Of a stretch of DNA of 64,000 bases, positions 26,190 to 37,179 are shown one piece after another (within the stretch, counting starts at the first letter, position 1; every line of letters starts with the position of its first letter). Origin of the DNA: Chiloscyllium plagiosum (taxonomy: Eukaryota); contig NC_057751.1 of the NCBI RefSeq assembly GCF_004010195.1, positions 18,353,185 to 18,417,184 of the forward strand. The letters are read 5' to 3'. The notes below the pieces were generated by a model. It saw nothing but the letters and a program-made list of their open reading frames with translations, was not told the origin of the DNA and ran no database searches. The position numbers and the translations under genes are program-made.

Positions 26190-27096
26190 CAAAACTAAAC
26201 AAAATTGAGATTCTCGTCTGTGGAGACTGTGGACTTTCCATTTGTCTGTCTACATGGACATCATGGCACCATCAGATGCACTGGTCATGCTTTCAGTTGC
26301 CAATTCCTAACATCATTCTTATCATAGATCTCCCTTTGTAAGTTCATTATATACATAACAATTGTTACCCTAGACTGTTCTGTTTGGATCACCGTTGTCT
26401 TCAGTTTCGACTGGTTTGTCGTGACCTGCTGCTGATAGTTTAAGATAACACTGTACTAATGGTAGCTATTATTTTTATAACACTCGATATTCTTATCTTT
26501 TCAAAAGACATCGCAATTTTGTTTGCTTTTGATCATCAGATAATAATTAACAGAATACATTGGGGTTACAGAGCAAGAACAACATTTTTTCCCTCAGATT
26601 TTGGGGAAGCTTTCCTTTGCTTTCACAGTGCTTAACTTGATTGAATCCCTTTTATTCTGATTGTGACATGTAACTTTCTAACCATCAGATGATAGAATTG
26701 AACCGGTGAACCAGGGGAAAGCGTTCATAGTCAAAGGGATGAGAAACAGAAAGATGACGAGGTGCAGAACCGAAATAAATCTGTCAACTTACTGTTTGCT
26801 ATTTCTGGAGTTTTATTTTGCTGTGGTAAACACATGTTGTGACATGGATAATGACCAAACTGACAAATACTACTCACTACCAAAGCAACCACACATGCGC
26901 AAGATACATTACTACTGACACTGCCGCCTTCCTGAGGTATTTGAGCTGCTCTCTAAACAGTTGGATTTATGCATCAACCCAGAGGAAATTCAGAGAAAAG
27001 ATCATAAAAACATTCGTGTCTCCATGGACATTAATGGTAATATTGATTAGAAAGCATGAACAAATGGAAGCAAGAACCCCTAAAACCTTTCTCTAA
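26190..27096 (+). pseudogene. GPR139-like class A GPCR pseudogene, large coding exon (TM1 end to C-terminus)
   Basis: Acceptor TTTTTGCAG at 26181-26189 (phase 1), then (A)KLNKIEILVCGDCGLSIC, YMDIMAPSDALV (TM2), CKFIIYITIVTLDCSVWITVVFSFDWFVVTCC** (TM3, DRF->DWF), PFILIVTCNFLTIR** (TM5), NRNKSVNLLFAISG (TM6), FLRYLSCSLNSWIYASTQRKFRE (TM7/helix 8). Multiple stops and frameshifts. Confidence 0.88.
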
Positions 27097-27689
27097 ATAA
27101 AACTGAAATTAAACATATTCTTATTGCAGAACTTGCTTCTTTATAGTACAATGAAAATTGCATATTACTTTGTCGACATTTTTTCCATCTTATAGCATAC
27201 ATGTCTGGTTGCATTGCTTTCATGCATGCTTCTACAAGTGAATTGACAGAATTGTGAAGCACATCACCATTTGACAGAAAAAGACGATCAAACCTACGGA
27301 GATTGCAGTCTGTGGTGACGTCATGCAAACATTGGTCACGGGGAAAGACATGGTGTATATCGATGCAAAGCAAATGCCGAGAATGAAGAGTCAATTACTT
27401 CGTGTACAGAACTTTACTCAAATAATTAAGTAAAATATTGGAAGTAATGACATTCGTAATAGCAAATAAGTAAAGCACAGCTTGGTGTATCTTTTTCTTG
27501 CCGGACACTGGGAAATGTTTCGGTGCATTGGGAAAGTTGTATTGTGGGGTGAGTCCAATCGGGAGAAAATGGACTGTGGAATGAATGTTTTTATTAAAAC
27601 ATAGACTTTTTTTATTCTTTGTAAAAAATCATAAAATTTAATTGCACTTCCATGCAAAGCAAATTCACGGAAGTGACATTTGCACAATG

Positions 27690-28210
27690 TAAGGGTCAAG
27701 AAGCTATTTTTCGACTTATTTATTTAAAAAAGATGTATTATTTCATTGCTACTAGTTCAGAGAAGGTTCACCAGCATGATCCCAAAATGAATGCACTGTC
27801 TTATGAGCAAAAGTTATCAGATTATGACTACATTCACCAGAGTTAAAACAATGAGAGTAGATCACTTCGGAAAAATAAAACAGGATTCTGAAGTTGTTTA
27901 TTAAGGTAGATTTTGAGAATATATTCCCCTTCAGAGGACTTTATCTCACTGTAAATGAAAGCCAATGTAAGACCCTGATGAGAAGGAAGTTCTTCGAGAG
28001 TCCTTAGACGTCCTCTGCATAGACAGCCGTGTAGGCAGAATGGCTTCGTATGTTTAAAGTTAAGATCGAGAGATCCTTCATCAGTCGTGACATCAAGTGT
28101 TACAGGGAAATTGCAGAAAGTTGGAATGTGAAAAAAATTGGATCGACTATGAATTTATTGAAAGACCACTCAGCCTCTAGGGATTGAAAGGTGTATTCCT
28201 GTTCCGATTA
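27690..28210 (+). mobile_element. Old CR1 3' fragment
   Basis: TTCAGAGAAGGTTCACCAGCATGAT..TCTTATGAGCAAAAG (QRRFT..SYE) and ATGAGAAGGAAGTTCTTC motifs. Confidence 0.6.
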
Positions 28211-28244
28211 TGAGGAGGCGATCGTTCCTTCCAGTGATAAGGTA

Positions 28245-28550
28245 TGTGGTATTATCACTGGAGTGTTTACCTAGAGACTCAGGCAATGTTCCGAGGACCG
28301 GGTTCAGATCCCATCACGGCGATCAATAAATTCAATACAGATTTTGAATTAAAAATCGAATGAGTGCTATAAATCCATTACCAATTTTCGGGAAAACCCA
28401 CCGGTTTCACTGACATCCTGTAGGGAAGAAAACTGCCATCTTTACCTGATCTGGCCTACATGTGACTTCATACCAACAGCAATGTGGTTCGCTCTCAACT
28501 GGCCTCTGGCCTAAAAGGATGGCAATGAATGCTGCCTCGCCAGCGTTACA
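28245..28550 (+). mobile_element. tRNA-derived SINE of a second family
   Basis: B box GGTTCAGATCCC at ~28301; body GGCCTACATGTGACTTCA..GCAATGTGGTT. A decayed relative lies at ~63035-63290. Confidence 0.65.
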
Positions 28551-28599
28551 AAATAAATGTATCATCCTGTTTCAGAATGGAGAAATAATTCATCAGGCC

Positions 28600-29558
28600 T
28601 TATAGACCTACAAACGGCTTATTCTTTGGGAATATGAGTTTGAACCTTAAGACATAATATGCCGAAATTTCCATCATATTAGTCAGACAAAAGCTGAAGC
28701 AAAAGAAACAACTTTGGAACCAAATTGGTTCGCTACTATAAATTAGGAAACGAAATGTACCAGCTATACTTGAGCTGGTCTCATGTGACACAGACAAAGA
28801 ACAATACAGCTCAAAGGACTCACTCATTGGTACCAAACCACTGCAGAAAGAATGAAAGGAAATAGAATAGAACAGCTGTCATCACATTAGATTCCAGAAA
28901 GGATGATCAGAAACGGAGCCCTGTTAAAAACACACACAGCAATTCCTGGCGACCTTTCCTAAAATTGGTCAAACACGTTTATGTGCTCCTATAACAAGGT
29001 AATCTGATCTTCCTATCCTATTTTCGGATGGGATCGAAAAAGCAGAGTTTCTGATATATCTGTATGTATTGCTTTGAAAACGCCTTGAAGTTTTTTCTTT
29101 CTTTTTTTAAAATGCGATGAGAAGGGAGTGGCCAGTTATCCCAGTTCAGGGTTTTTCTTTTTCTGAATTTTAGCTTGCATTTTTGTTTATGGCTATTGAT
29201 CAAAGAAACAGCTTCATGCTGGTACTCTCTGTCTCTGACATCTCTCCTGAAATAATCTTTTTTGACTTTAACTTCTGTTTGCCTTGGGGGGTGCAAATGT
29301 GAATGTTACAATACAATTAACTTGCCATTGAGTCGAGTGAGTTATCAGGTAGGTTAGGTTATTCTAAATTCGATTCTCTTTTCTTTGGGTTTCCTTCAGT
29401 AGTCATTAAATACATTCTGTTTTGTTTAAAACGGATTGGTTAGGCAAACTGCAGCGCTCCTGGAATATCCACTGTACACCTGCTGAAAACAATGTGAAAA
29501 GTTCACGTCTTGGCTGCCTTCTTTAAATGGACTGAGGAGTTCTGGCCTGATAAACAAC
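28600..29558 (+). mobile_element. Probable solo gypsy LTR
   Basis: 3' part (AAATACATTCTGTTTTGTTTAAAAC..TCTGGCCTG..AACA) parallels 33366-33513. The 5' boundary is uncertain. Confidence 0.6.
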
Positions 29559-31349
29559 AAATGGATAATCCAAGCAATGACCTGACGTCATTTGTTCAGA
29601 ATCACTCATTCCAGAAAGGAGACGCAAGAACCTTGATACAAGAAAAGATGGGGCATTTGGATTTTTTTTATTTGTGCTGATCTTCCAGTATTTACTTACT
29701 GTGCTGTGAACTTCTGACGCTTCGCCTGACAACAGCCTGTAACTGTTACTTAAACTGTTAACCTAAAGAGAATCGTGATATATGAAATTGTTGATTTTTT
29801 TTCTCAATCCATGCTGCAACACAGCAAATACAGGGAGGAGAAAAAGAGGCTACTGAAATCTGCACGGATTACGAGCTTAAAGAAAAAGATGAAGAAAAAA
29901 GCTTTTAGCTAAAATCTGTTTCATTTAATTTTCAAATCCCACCTTCTCCAAAATAGGTGCGCCTGATTACCAATAATATGAAAAAAAAATCACATTTTAT
30001 GTGAACGCGTTCCAAACAGTTTTCGCAGGGAATGATTGCCGTTTTCCAGCTTCTTTTCGAAGCAAGCATGCATTATGTCATCAAATGTGAACATTTGCAA
30101 TTCACGGACAAAATATAACAATACTGGTTTATGTTACCATGTCACACAAGTGGACTGCCGAGGCAACTGCCAAATCTGTGAAGGGAGACACCAGCTTAAA
30201 CTCATCAGTCAACTTTACCAATGTGCCAACAAATGCCTTTTGGTCGATAATATCAATAATTCCTCTGGAAGCTTGGAGTTGATATTCCAGTCGAGGAACT
30301 CACAAATGAGAACATTTTCTCAATGATAATTCCGACACAGTTGCTGTGAAGCGACAGCTTCTGGAATTGAGGCAACAGCATGTTTGAATGCGTTTGACAT
30401 CGTCAAATGCTGACAACATAAACTTGGTTGGACGGACCTTTCTTATTTAATACGGCAGCCTCACACTGAAACACAAGAGGACATTACTGTAGGCTTGGGT
30501 TCAATGTACGGCATAGGTTTATGACGGTAATACTGTGGAGATGAGTCAAATAAACCAAACAGAAATATTTTGCACAATTTGGCAGATTGCATGAGACTTC
30601 AACTCAATCTAATTTTGTCACGTCACTGAGTTCAAATGGAGGGAGCACCATCCCCCGATCACATCCACAGTTTTGACTGAAGTGTTGGTTTCTGCTCTCA
30701 GTCTTGAGAGTTTTATAAATCATATTTCGTTAAGGAATTGACCTTATTTGTTTTTAAAGTTCTTCAAACAACAAATTCGGATTTCTCAACGAAAATATCT
30801 GGACTGGAATTTTCAATGTAAAATATTTAAAATAAATGATGTTTCCAATGTTATAAGCTATCTATTGTCTTAGGGAGTAGCAGCATTGTTAACATTTAGC
30901 TTCAACCAGGACATGTGAAGCTACAATGGGAACAGTTTCAATCCAAATGTTCTTAACCTAAAGTGAACAACAAAACATCCTTATTCTCCTCAACTGAAAA
31001 CAAATTATTGTTCTCAATATGTACTCTGCCCGATTATAGAAGTTCGCCATATACTGAAAGTCTCACAATCACTTTAATATCTTCACACTCTCAACTGAAA
31101 ATCGCAACATGATCTTTAACTCCAAAAAGATCATTGAATATGCCAAAAGGCTGCCTCAGAGAACGAACCAAAACATCCAACTCAGTATTTCCAGTGCCAT
31201 TGTCTCTGCTTTGTCTATCTCTTTGACTACCTCTTCCTTCTTGAAATATTTTTCTATTGAGGTAAAAGGATTTATTTTCAAATGGGCGTTATTAAGTCAG
31301 TTTTTTTTAAAAAATACTTGTTATTCAAGTTGGCTCTATTCATTGGAAT

Positions 31350-31670
31350 TTAGAACAACGAGACTTGGAAAGTGCAGATTTTTTCAGTCTTGATTGGTTG
31401 AATATGAAGATGGTCCCTTCCTTTATGAGCGAGTTTAGGACCACAGGGTATAGTCTCAGAATAAAGGGATGCCAATCTAAGACTAAGAACAGAAGGAATT
31501 TCATTCCTCGGAGGATTCCTAGATTTCGACGTTCCATGCCACAGCGAACTGTAGGGAAAGAAACCTTGTGTATGTTTAAGCTGAGATACATTGTTGATCA
31601 GCAGACGGAGTGACTGTAATGCAGAAAGAGCAGGAAAATTGACTTAGGGAGTACCACTTAAGACAAAGCT
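31350..31670 (+). mobile_element. CR1 3' fragment
   Basis: FRTTGYSLRIKG..RRNF motif (ORF 31365-31613). Confidence 0.65.
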
Positions 31671-31834
31671 TCTCCATTAACAAGGTTATGTTGTCGTTGA
31701 TTTTGTCAGAGAGGTTGTAGATGACACAGATTCCAAAACGTCTGGGTTGTAGGGGTTTAGTGCCAAGCTAATAATAGCAAACATGTACTTCCTCTGTTGT
31801 TGTGGTTCTGCTCGCCCAGCTGGGAATTTGTGTT

Positions 31835-31874
31835 GCAGACGTTTTGTCCCCTGTCTAGGTGACATCCTCAGTGC
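31835..31874 (-). ncRNA. Minimal hammerhead ribozyme motif with core mutation (GAAA->AAAA)
   Basis: Reverse complement reads GCA CTGAGGA T GTCACCT AGAC AGGGGAC AAAAC GTC TGC. Confidence 0.6.
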
Positions 31875-32913
31875 TTGGGAGCCTCCTGTGAAGCGCTTCT
31901 GTGATGTTTCCTCCGGCATTTATAGTGATTTGTATCTGCCGCTTCTGGTTGTCAGTTCCAGCTGTCCGCTGCAGTGGCCGGTATATTGGATCCAGGTCAA
32001 TGTGCTTATTGATTGAACCTGTGGATGAATGACATGCCTCTCGGAATTCCCTGGCTGTTCTCTGTTTGGCTTGTCCTATAATAGTGGTGTTGTCCCAGTC
32101 GAACTCATGTTGCTTGTCATCTGAGTGTGTGGCTACTAAGGATAGCTGGTCGTATAGTTTCGTGGCTTGTTGGTGTACATGGATGCGGATCGTTAGCTGT
32201 CTTCCTGTTTGTCCTATGTAGTGTTTTGTGCAGACCTTGCATGGGATTTTGTACACTACGTTGGTTTAGCTCATGCTGGGTATCGGGTCCATCGTCCTGG
32301 TGAGTTGTTGTCTGAGAGTGGCTGTTGGTTTGTGTGCTTTATAAGTCCTAATGGTCGCAGTAGTCTGGCTTTCAGTTCGGAAATGTTCTTGATGTATGGT
32401 AACGTGGCTAGCCCTTTGGGTTGCGGCATGTCCTCGTTCTTTTGTCTTTCTCTTCGGCATCTGTTGATGAAATTGCGCAGCTATCCGTTTTTGGCGAATA
32501 CATTGTATAGGTGTTCTTCTTCCTCTTTTTGCAGTTCTGGTGTACTGCAGTGTGTTGTGGCCCTTTTGAATAGTGTCTTGATGCACCTTCATTTGTATGT
32601 GTTGGGGTGGTTGCTTTCGTAGTTCATGACTTGGTCTGTGTGTGTGGCTTTCCTGTATACATTTGTGGTGAATTCTCCGTTTGGTGTTCTCTGCACAACA
32701 CTACTATTACAGGACAAGCCAAACAGAGAACAACCAGGGAATTCCTAGAGGCATGGCATTCATCCACAGATTCAATCAATAAGTACATCGACCTGGACCC
32801 AATGTACCAGCTACTGCAGCGGACAGCTGGAACTGACAACCGGAAGTGGCAGATACAAATCACTATAAATGCCGGAGAAAACATCACAGAAGCGCTTCAC
32901 AGGTGCCTCCCAA

Positions 32914-32953
32914 GCACTGAGGATGTCACCTAGACAGGGGATGAAACGTCTGC
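32914..32953 (+). ncRNA. Minimal type I hammerhead ribozyme motif, core intact
   Basis: GCA-CTGAGGA-T-[GTCACCT AGAC AGGGGAT stem II]-GAAAC-GTC-TGC. Stem I is GCA/TGC, with palindromic ACGT in place of stem III. Predicted cleavage after C32950. Confidence 0.75.
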
Positions 32954-33516
32954 AACACAAATTCCCAGCTCGGCGAACAGAACCACAACAACGAGCACCC
33001 GAGCTACAAATCTTCTCCCAAACTCTGAGGTACTTCCTCTGGCAAAGGCTTTCAAGTTAAAAAAAAAACTCGAACGCAGGAGGTGTGGCCAGTTCTCCCT
33101 GTTCAGCTTCTGTTAGCTTGCTTTTTGAAGCGTCGCGTGAAAATGAAAACGCTGCTGGATTCTGAGAAGCAGGTCCACGCTTGTACTCTCTGACTTTTAT
33201 CCTTTAACAACTAGTATTTAATTTTATCTTTTATGCCAAGAGTTGGGATTGTTGCAATGATTTGGAGCAGCATCATTAAGTTGGAATGGTCTCTTGGGTT
33301 TTTGGAGAGGTTACGTTATTCGGTATTCTGTTTTCTGTTGATGGTGTTTCATTCAGTAAAATTGTAAATACTTCTGTTTTGTTTAAAACTAATTGGTTTG
33401 ACCAGCTGATTCTATCCTAAAATACCAATTTTACGCCCGCTTAAAAAACTAGCGAGTTTAGCGTGTGGGCTACAATCTTGAAACAATTGAGGGGTCTGGC
33501 CTGGTCCATAACAGAT

Positions 33517-33534
33517 TGGCGGCTCGTTTGGGAT
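33517..33534 (+). promoter_or_regulatory. Primer-binding site, tRNA-Pro type
   Basis: TGGCGGCTCGTTTGGGAT matches TGGGGGCTCGTCCGGGAT at 15/18 positions, 3 nt after the LTR end. Confidence 0.8.
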
Positions 33535-33639
33535 TTATTTCTTTCATTCCAAATAGGAGCTATATTTGTTGCACTCAAATGCAGCTAAGTATTAATGTAT
33601 TTTGTTCCGGGTGTTTAATTCGAATGGTGCAGTGCTTAG

Positions 33640-35320
33640 GGTAACAGTGGCTCTTTCTGGAGGTGGAAGAAATGACTTTGGGTGTTTTAAAAAGCTGATT
33701 AAGTTCCAGATGCTGGAATTCGCATGCAAGCTGGAGTTGGAGCCTTCCATGAGGAAAGAAGAGATAATTTCAGCAATAGCTCAGCAATTTAATTTGCTGG
33801 AAACGCCATCAGAATCTTCAGAGATGGCTAAAAGTTAACTGAAAAAGAAGCAGTGTGGGTTCGAAGCAAAATACAAGGCATTAGGATCAAAAGCAGAAGA
33901 AGGAGAATAGAAAAGAGAGAAAGGGCGATAGAGGAAAGGAAGACAGTGAGAGTTTTGAAATTCAGAAATTGGCACTTAGGGGTTCAATGATGCACTTTCT
34001 AAAGTAGCGAGACTCATGTGGAAGAGCAGAGTGTTAAAACGGCAATATTAGGAGCCGAAATAGGTGATACTTATGTGTTTGACCTCAAAGCAAAGTTTGA
34101 TTTCCAGAATCAATTTCAATCCCTGATGGATAGAAATTAGGGAAAGATAAGCCATCACAAGGAAATGGAAAGGTCGATCTCAGTGAAGATCAGAAAGACT
34201 ACTTACCAAATGGTTAAAAAGGAACACTTGAAGGGGACAGGGAAGTTATACAGCTCCGGTGTATTCATTGCAAAAAAAAGTAGGCCAAGTGAAAGCACTG
34301 TTAAAGTGGGTTAGGAAAACCACTGGGAAGCCAGATGTAAGATAACAGGATTAGCCATTGACTTTTGTTGGAATGATGACAGAAAGCATGGTGGAGGCAA
34401 GAAAGCACCATCAGAGTGTACACGCTGGTCTGAGGTTGGTTAAGGAGGAAGTACCAGATCGTCTTTAACCACATACCTGAGAAGGTAAAGTTTATTCGCA
34501 TCTGCCACAGGCAGCTGGTAAGCAGATTACAATATTTAGAGTCATAGGATTTTCTCAAACTGTGATGTTGAAATATGAGGAGCCATGTACTTTTGAACGG
34601 CTAACGCCAGAAAAAGGGAATTCACGGTGAGACAAAAAAAAGTTCATCTATGTGAAGTGAGGTAAGAGAGTCCAGTGAAAAGTGGATGATTCGTGGTATG
34701 AGTTCTGGTAAATCTCTCAGCTCCATTTGTCCTTGCTGAAGAAGCAGCTGGTACACCATTAGGATGGCTACCTACTGTGGTTTAAAAGCCACTGGAAGCT
34801 CTGACAACTAAAGTATTGCAAGGCACGTATCATGGAACGTTTCCTGACTATATCAGCTAAAATATGATATATGAAATAGTGCAGATAAAAACATTGAATT
34901 GGAATTAGCAGGGACCCTGTTTGATCAGGCAGTGGCACAAATCAGGAGCAGATGGATGACAATGCAGACATCTTAAGTTCAGAATAAATAACGGAGTTAC
35001 AGCAGAAAGATGAAAATTAAAGCGATTGTATCAAAAGGCATAAACATAAAACAAGTCCGAATGTATCTCTAAATGCCGTTATCTTCAAAATTATGTCTTA
35101 ATGAGGAAATGGAGGCCATCACATATTCAGGCAGATGAGAAATGTGCAGAACATCATCAAATCGCATTGTCAGTGGGTTATAGAAAGGAGGTGTTGAGCG
35201 TGGCACAACCACTTGGGAGACTTTTAAGAGTGAGGAAAACACAAGCCAAAATACAAAATAAAACATGTTTACGGCCTGAACTACACAGGGAATTATTTGA
35301 ATTTTGTCAGATGCTGGGTC
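33640..35320 (+). mobile_element. Gmr1-like gypsy internal region: gag, zinc knuckle, protease remnant, integrase N-terminal zinc-binding region (decayed, truncated)
   Basis: LEFACKLEL..RKEEIISAIAQQFNL (gag); RCIHCKK..G (knuckle, ~34258); protease remnant ~34530; MRKWRPSHIQADEK..GYRKEVLSVA..RVRKTQAKIQ..FCQ (35101 onward), with no RT in between. Confidence 0.8.
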
Positions 35321-35706
35321 AGAATCCTGGAACTTGCTCGCTTCAAGTGGCGCCGGGTTTCTGCACCACACGGAACGAATCTGTTGCCACCACCTTCTCA
35401 GATCAATTCCTAACTGGTAATAAATGCTGTCACACCAGAGACTTCAACATCATACGAGTGAATGAAATAGCCCCACCATGCTCTTGGTTGTAGACTATTA
35501 TCTAACTTCCGTGAAAAGTACTCCAGCGTGACGACCCACCAAACATCAGAAATAGTGACACTGAGCTGGAGAGTTTGGTAATGGGTGAAAGGCTGGGGAA
35601 TTATCTGTCTTCGAATGTGATTGTGGCGAGTGCAATATTGAGTTAGTTATCATGTATTAACATTTAACGAACCATGCCAGTCAGATTATTGCATTAGGAC
35701 TGTGTG

Positions 35707-35834
35707 GAGAAGAGGAGGACAGCAGATGCTGGAATTGAGAGTCGAAAAGTAGGCGCTGAAAAAGCACAGCAGGTCAGGCAGCATCCGAGGAGCAGGAGAA
35801 TTGACGTTTCTGGCATAAGGCCTTAAACAGGAAT
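35707..35834 (-). mobile_element. Short Penelope pLTR-derived element, decayed HHR
   Basis: GCACAGCAGGTCAGGCAGCATCCGAGGAGCAGGAGAATTGACGTTTC, same family as 52156-52372. Confidence 0.8.
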
Positions 35835-36564
35835 ACTCTGAAGTGTTCATAGCAAGGGAATTTGCACGGAGACATTTAGTGTATACTTTTGATTGCGTCT
35901 CCTGTTTCGATCTGCTAACATATGCTTTTCTTGCTATGCCGTATTTTGATCTGAGGTTTGGGATCATTGCAAATGTTGTTTCCTGGTACCTTGATGCATT
36001 TAGAGGCTGTTATGGGACAGAAGAGTTTTCTTGCTGTTGGGTTGGGGATAAGGGACATGGGTATTCACTGTATAGTTAATATTGAGAGGTCATGTGTGGT
36101 TTCAAAGATATGGGTAATGGTGACTTTTAAACAATTAATCTTAGGATCAGTCCTAATATTCATTGAAGGATTCAGTAACAGTGGAAAATCAATGCAGTGG
36201 TTCAGAGTCCTGTTTAAATGTATCATCAGGGTTAGGATGGATTCTGGGATAGGTGCAGTATTTGTACCGTTACGTGTACAGTGAATATTGAAACTGGATT
36301 ATAATTTTGTCAATTTTTGATTGTCAGTTGTGTTTAATGCCTGGATAGGGAATCCTGGAGTTGGAGTTGCTTAAGGCACATATGGATTGGTCCCTTGGAG
36401 CAGTTTGTTGTTAACAGCTGAACACAGGTTAGCATCAAGATAAGTTTGAAATCCATATGAGGATAAATGCATGAGATTTGGGCAGTTCACCCACATTTCA
36501 TTTCAGGAGAGAGTTTCTAGAATTTAAGTTCAGACACTGAAGAAAATAAGACGTTACCTAGTTA

Positions 36565-36856
36565 TTAGATTCCCTACAATGTGGAAACAGGCCCCTCAGC
36601 CCAACAAGTCCACACCGACTCTTTGAAGAGTGATTCACCCAGACCCATTCCCCTCTGACTAATGCAACTAACACTATGGACAATTTAGCATGGCCAATTC
36701 AACTGCCCTGCACATATTTGGACTGTGGGAGGAAACCCACGCTGACACGAGGAGAATGTGCAAACTCCACACAGACAGTCACCAGAGGCTAGAATTGAAC
36801 CTGGAAGCCTGGTGCTGTGAGGCAGCAGTGCTAACCACAGAGCCACTGTGCCACCC
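36565..36856 (-). mobile_element. HE1-type SINE
   Basis: Full head-to-tail similarity to 52527-52859 (A and B boxes on the minus strand, CR1-like tail). Confidence 0.9.
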
Positions 36857-37179
36857 GCTGACTAGCGTGGACGATAACTTACAGGTATGGCTTATGTGCA
36901 CCAATTACACGTATCCCTCTCGTTGGTCGCAGTCATGGGCTTGCAAGTTGCTTTCAACGTCATTTTGATGAATTTCTGCAGATGTCAGTGGTGTCCACTG
37001 CTGGAGCTGAGAAATGCTGGTCGATTGATGCCAGTTAACTGGGCTTCTTTCTCCTGGATGGTGTCAAACATTTTGTGTGTTGATGAACCTGTACCCATCC
37101 AGCTCAGTGGGGAGCATGCGATCATACTTTTCATGTGTGCCTTGGAGATGGTGGACCGGATTTCACCAGTATGCAGCTG

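Larger units (their letters stand above)
31797..33029 (-). mobile_element. Penelope-like element (second family), 5'-truncated, with inverted 3'/pLTR arm; 12-bp TSD
   Basis: Minus ORF YKIPCKVCTKHYIGQTGRQLTIRIHVH (GIY-YIG). 32695-32991 is an inverted copy of 31797-32093. GTACTTCCTCTG flanks both sides (31785-31796, 33030-33041). Confidence 0.93.
31676..33513 (+). mobile_element. 5' LTR of a Gmr1-like gypsy element, interrupted by a Penelope insertion
   Basis: 31676-31796 joined to 33042 onward matches LTR-start fragments at 50174 and 53971. It ends ..GGTCCATAACA directly before a PBS. Confidence 0.75.

Noticed and set aside
35840..36540. Possible LINE relic or exon
   Set aside because: Too decayed to assign a family or reading frame by eye.
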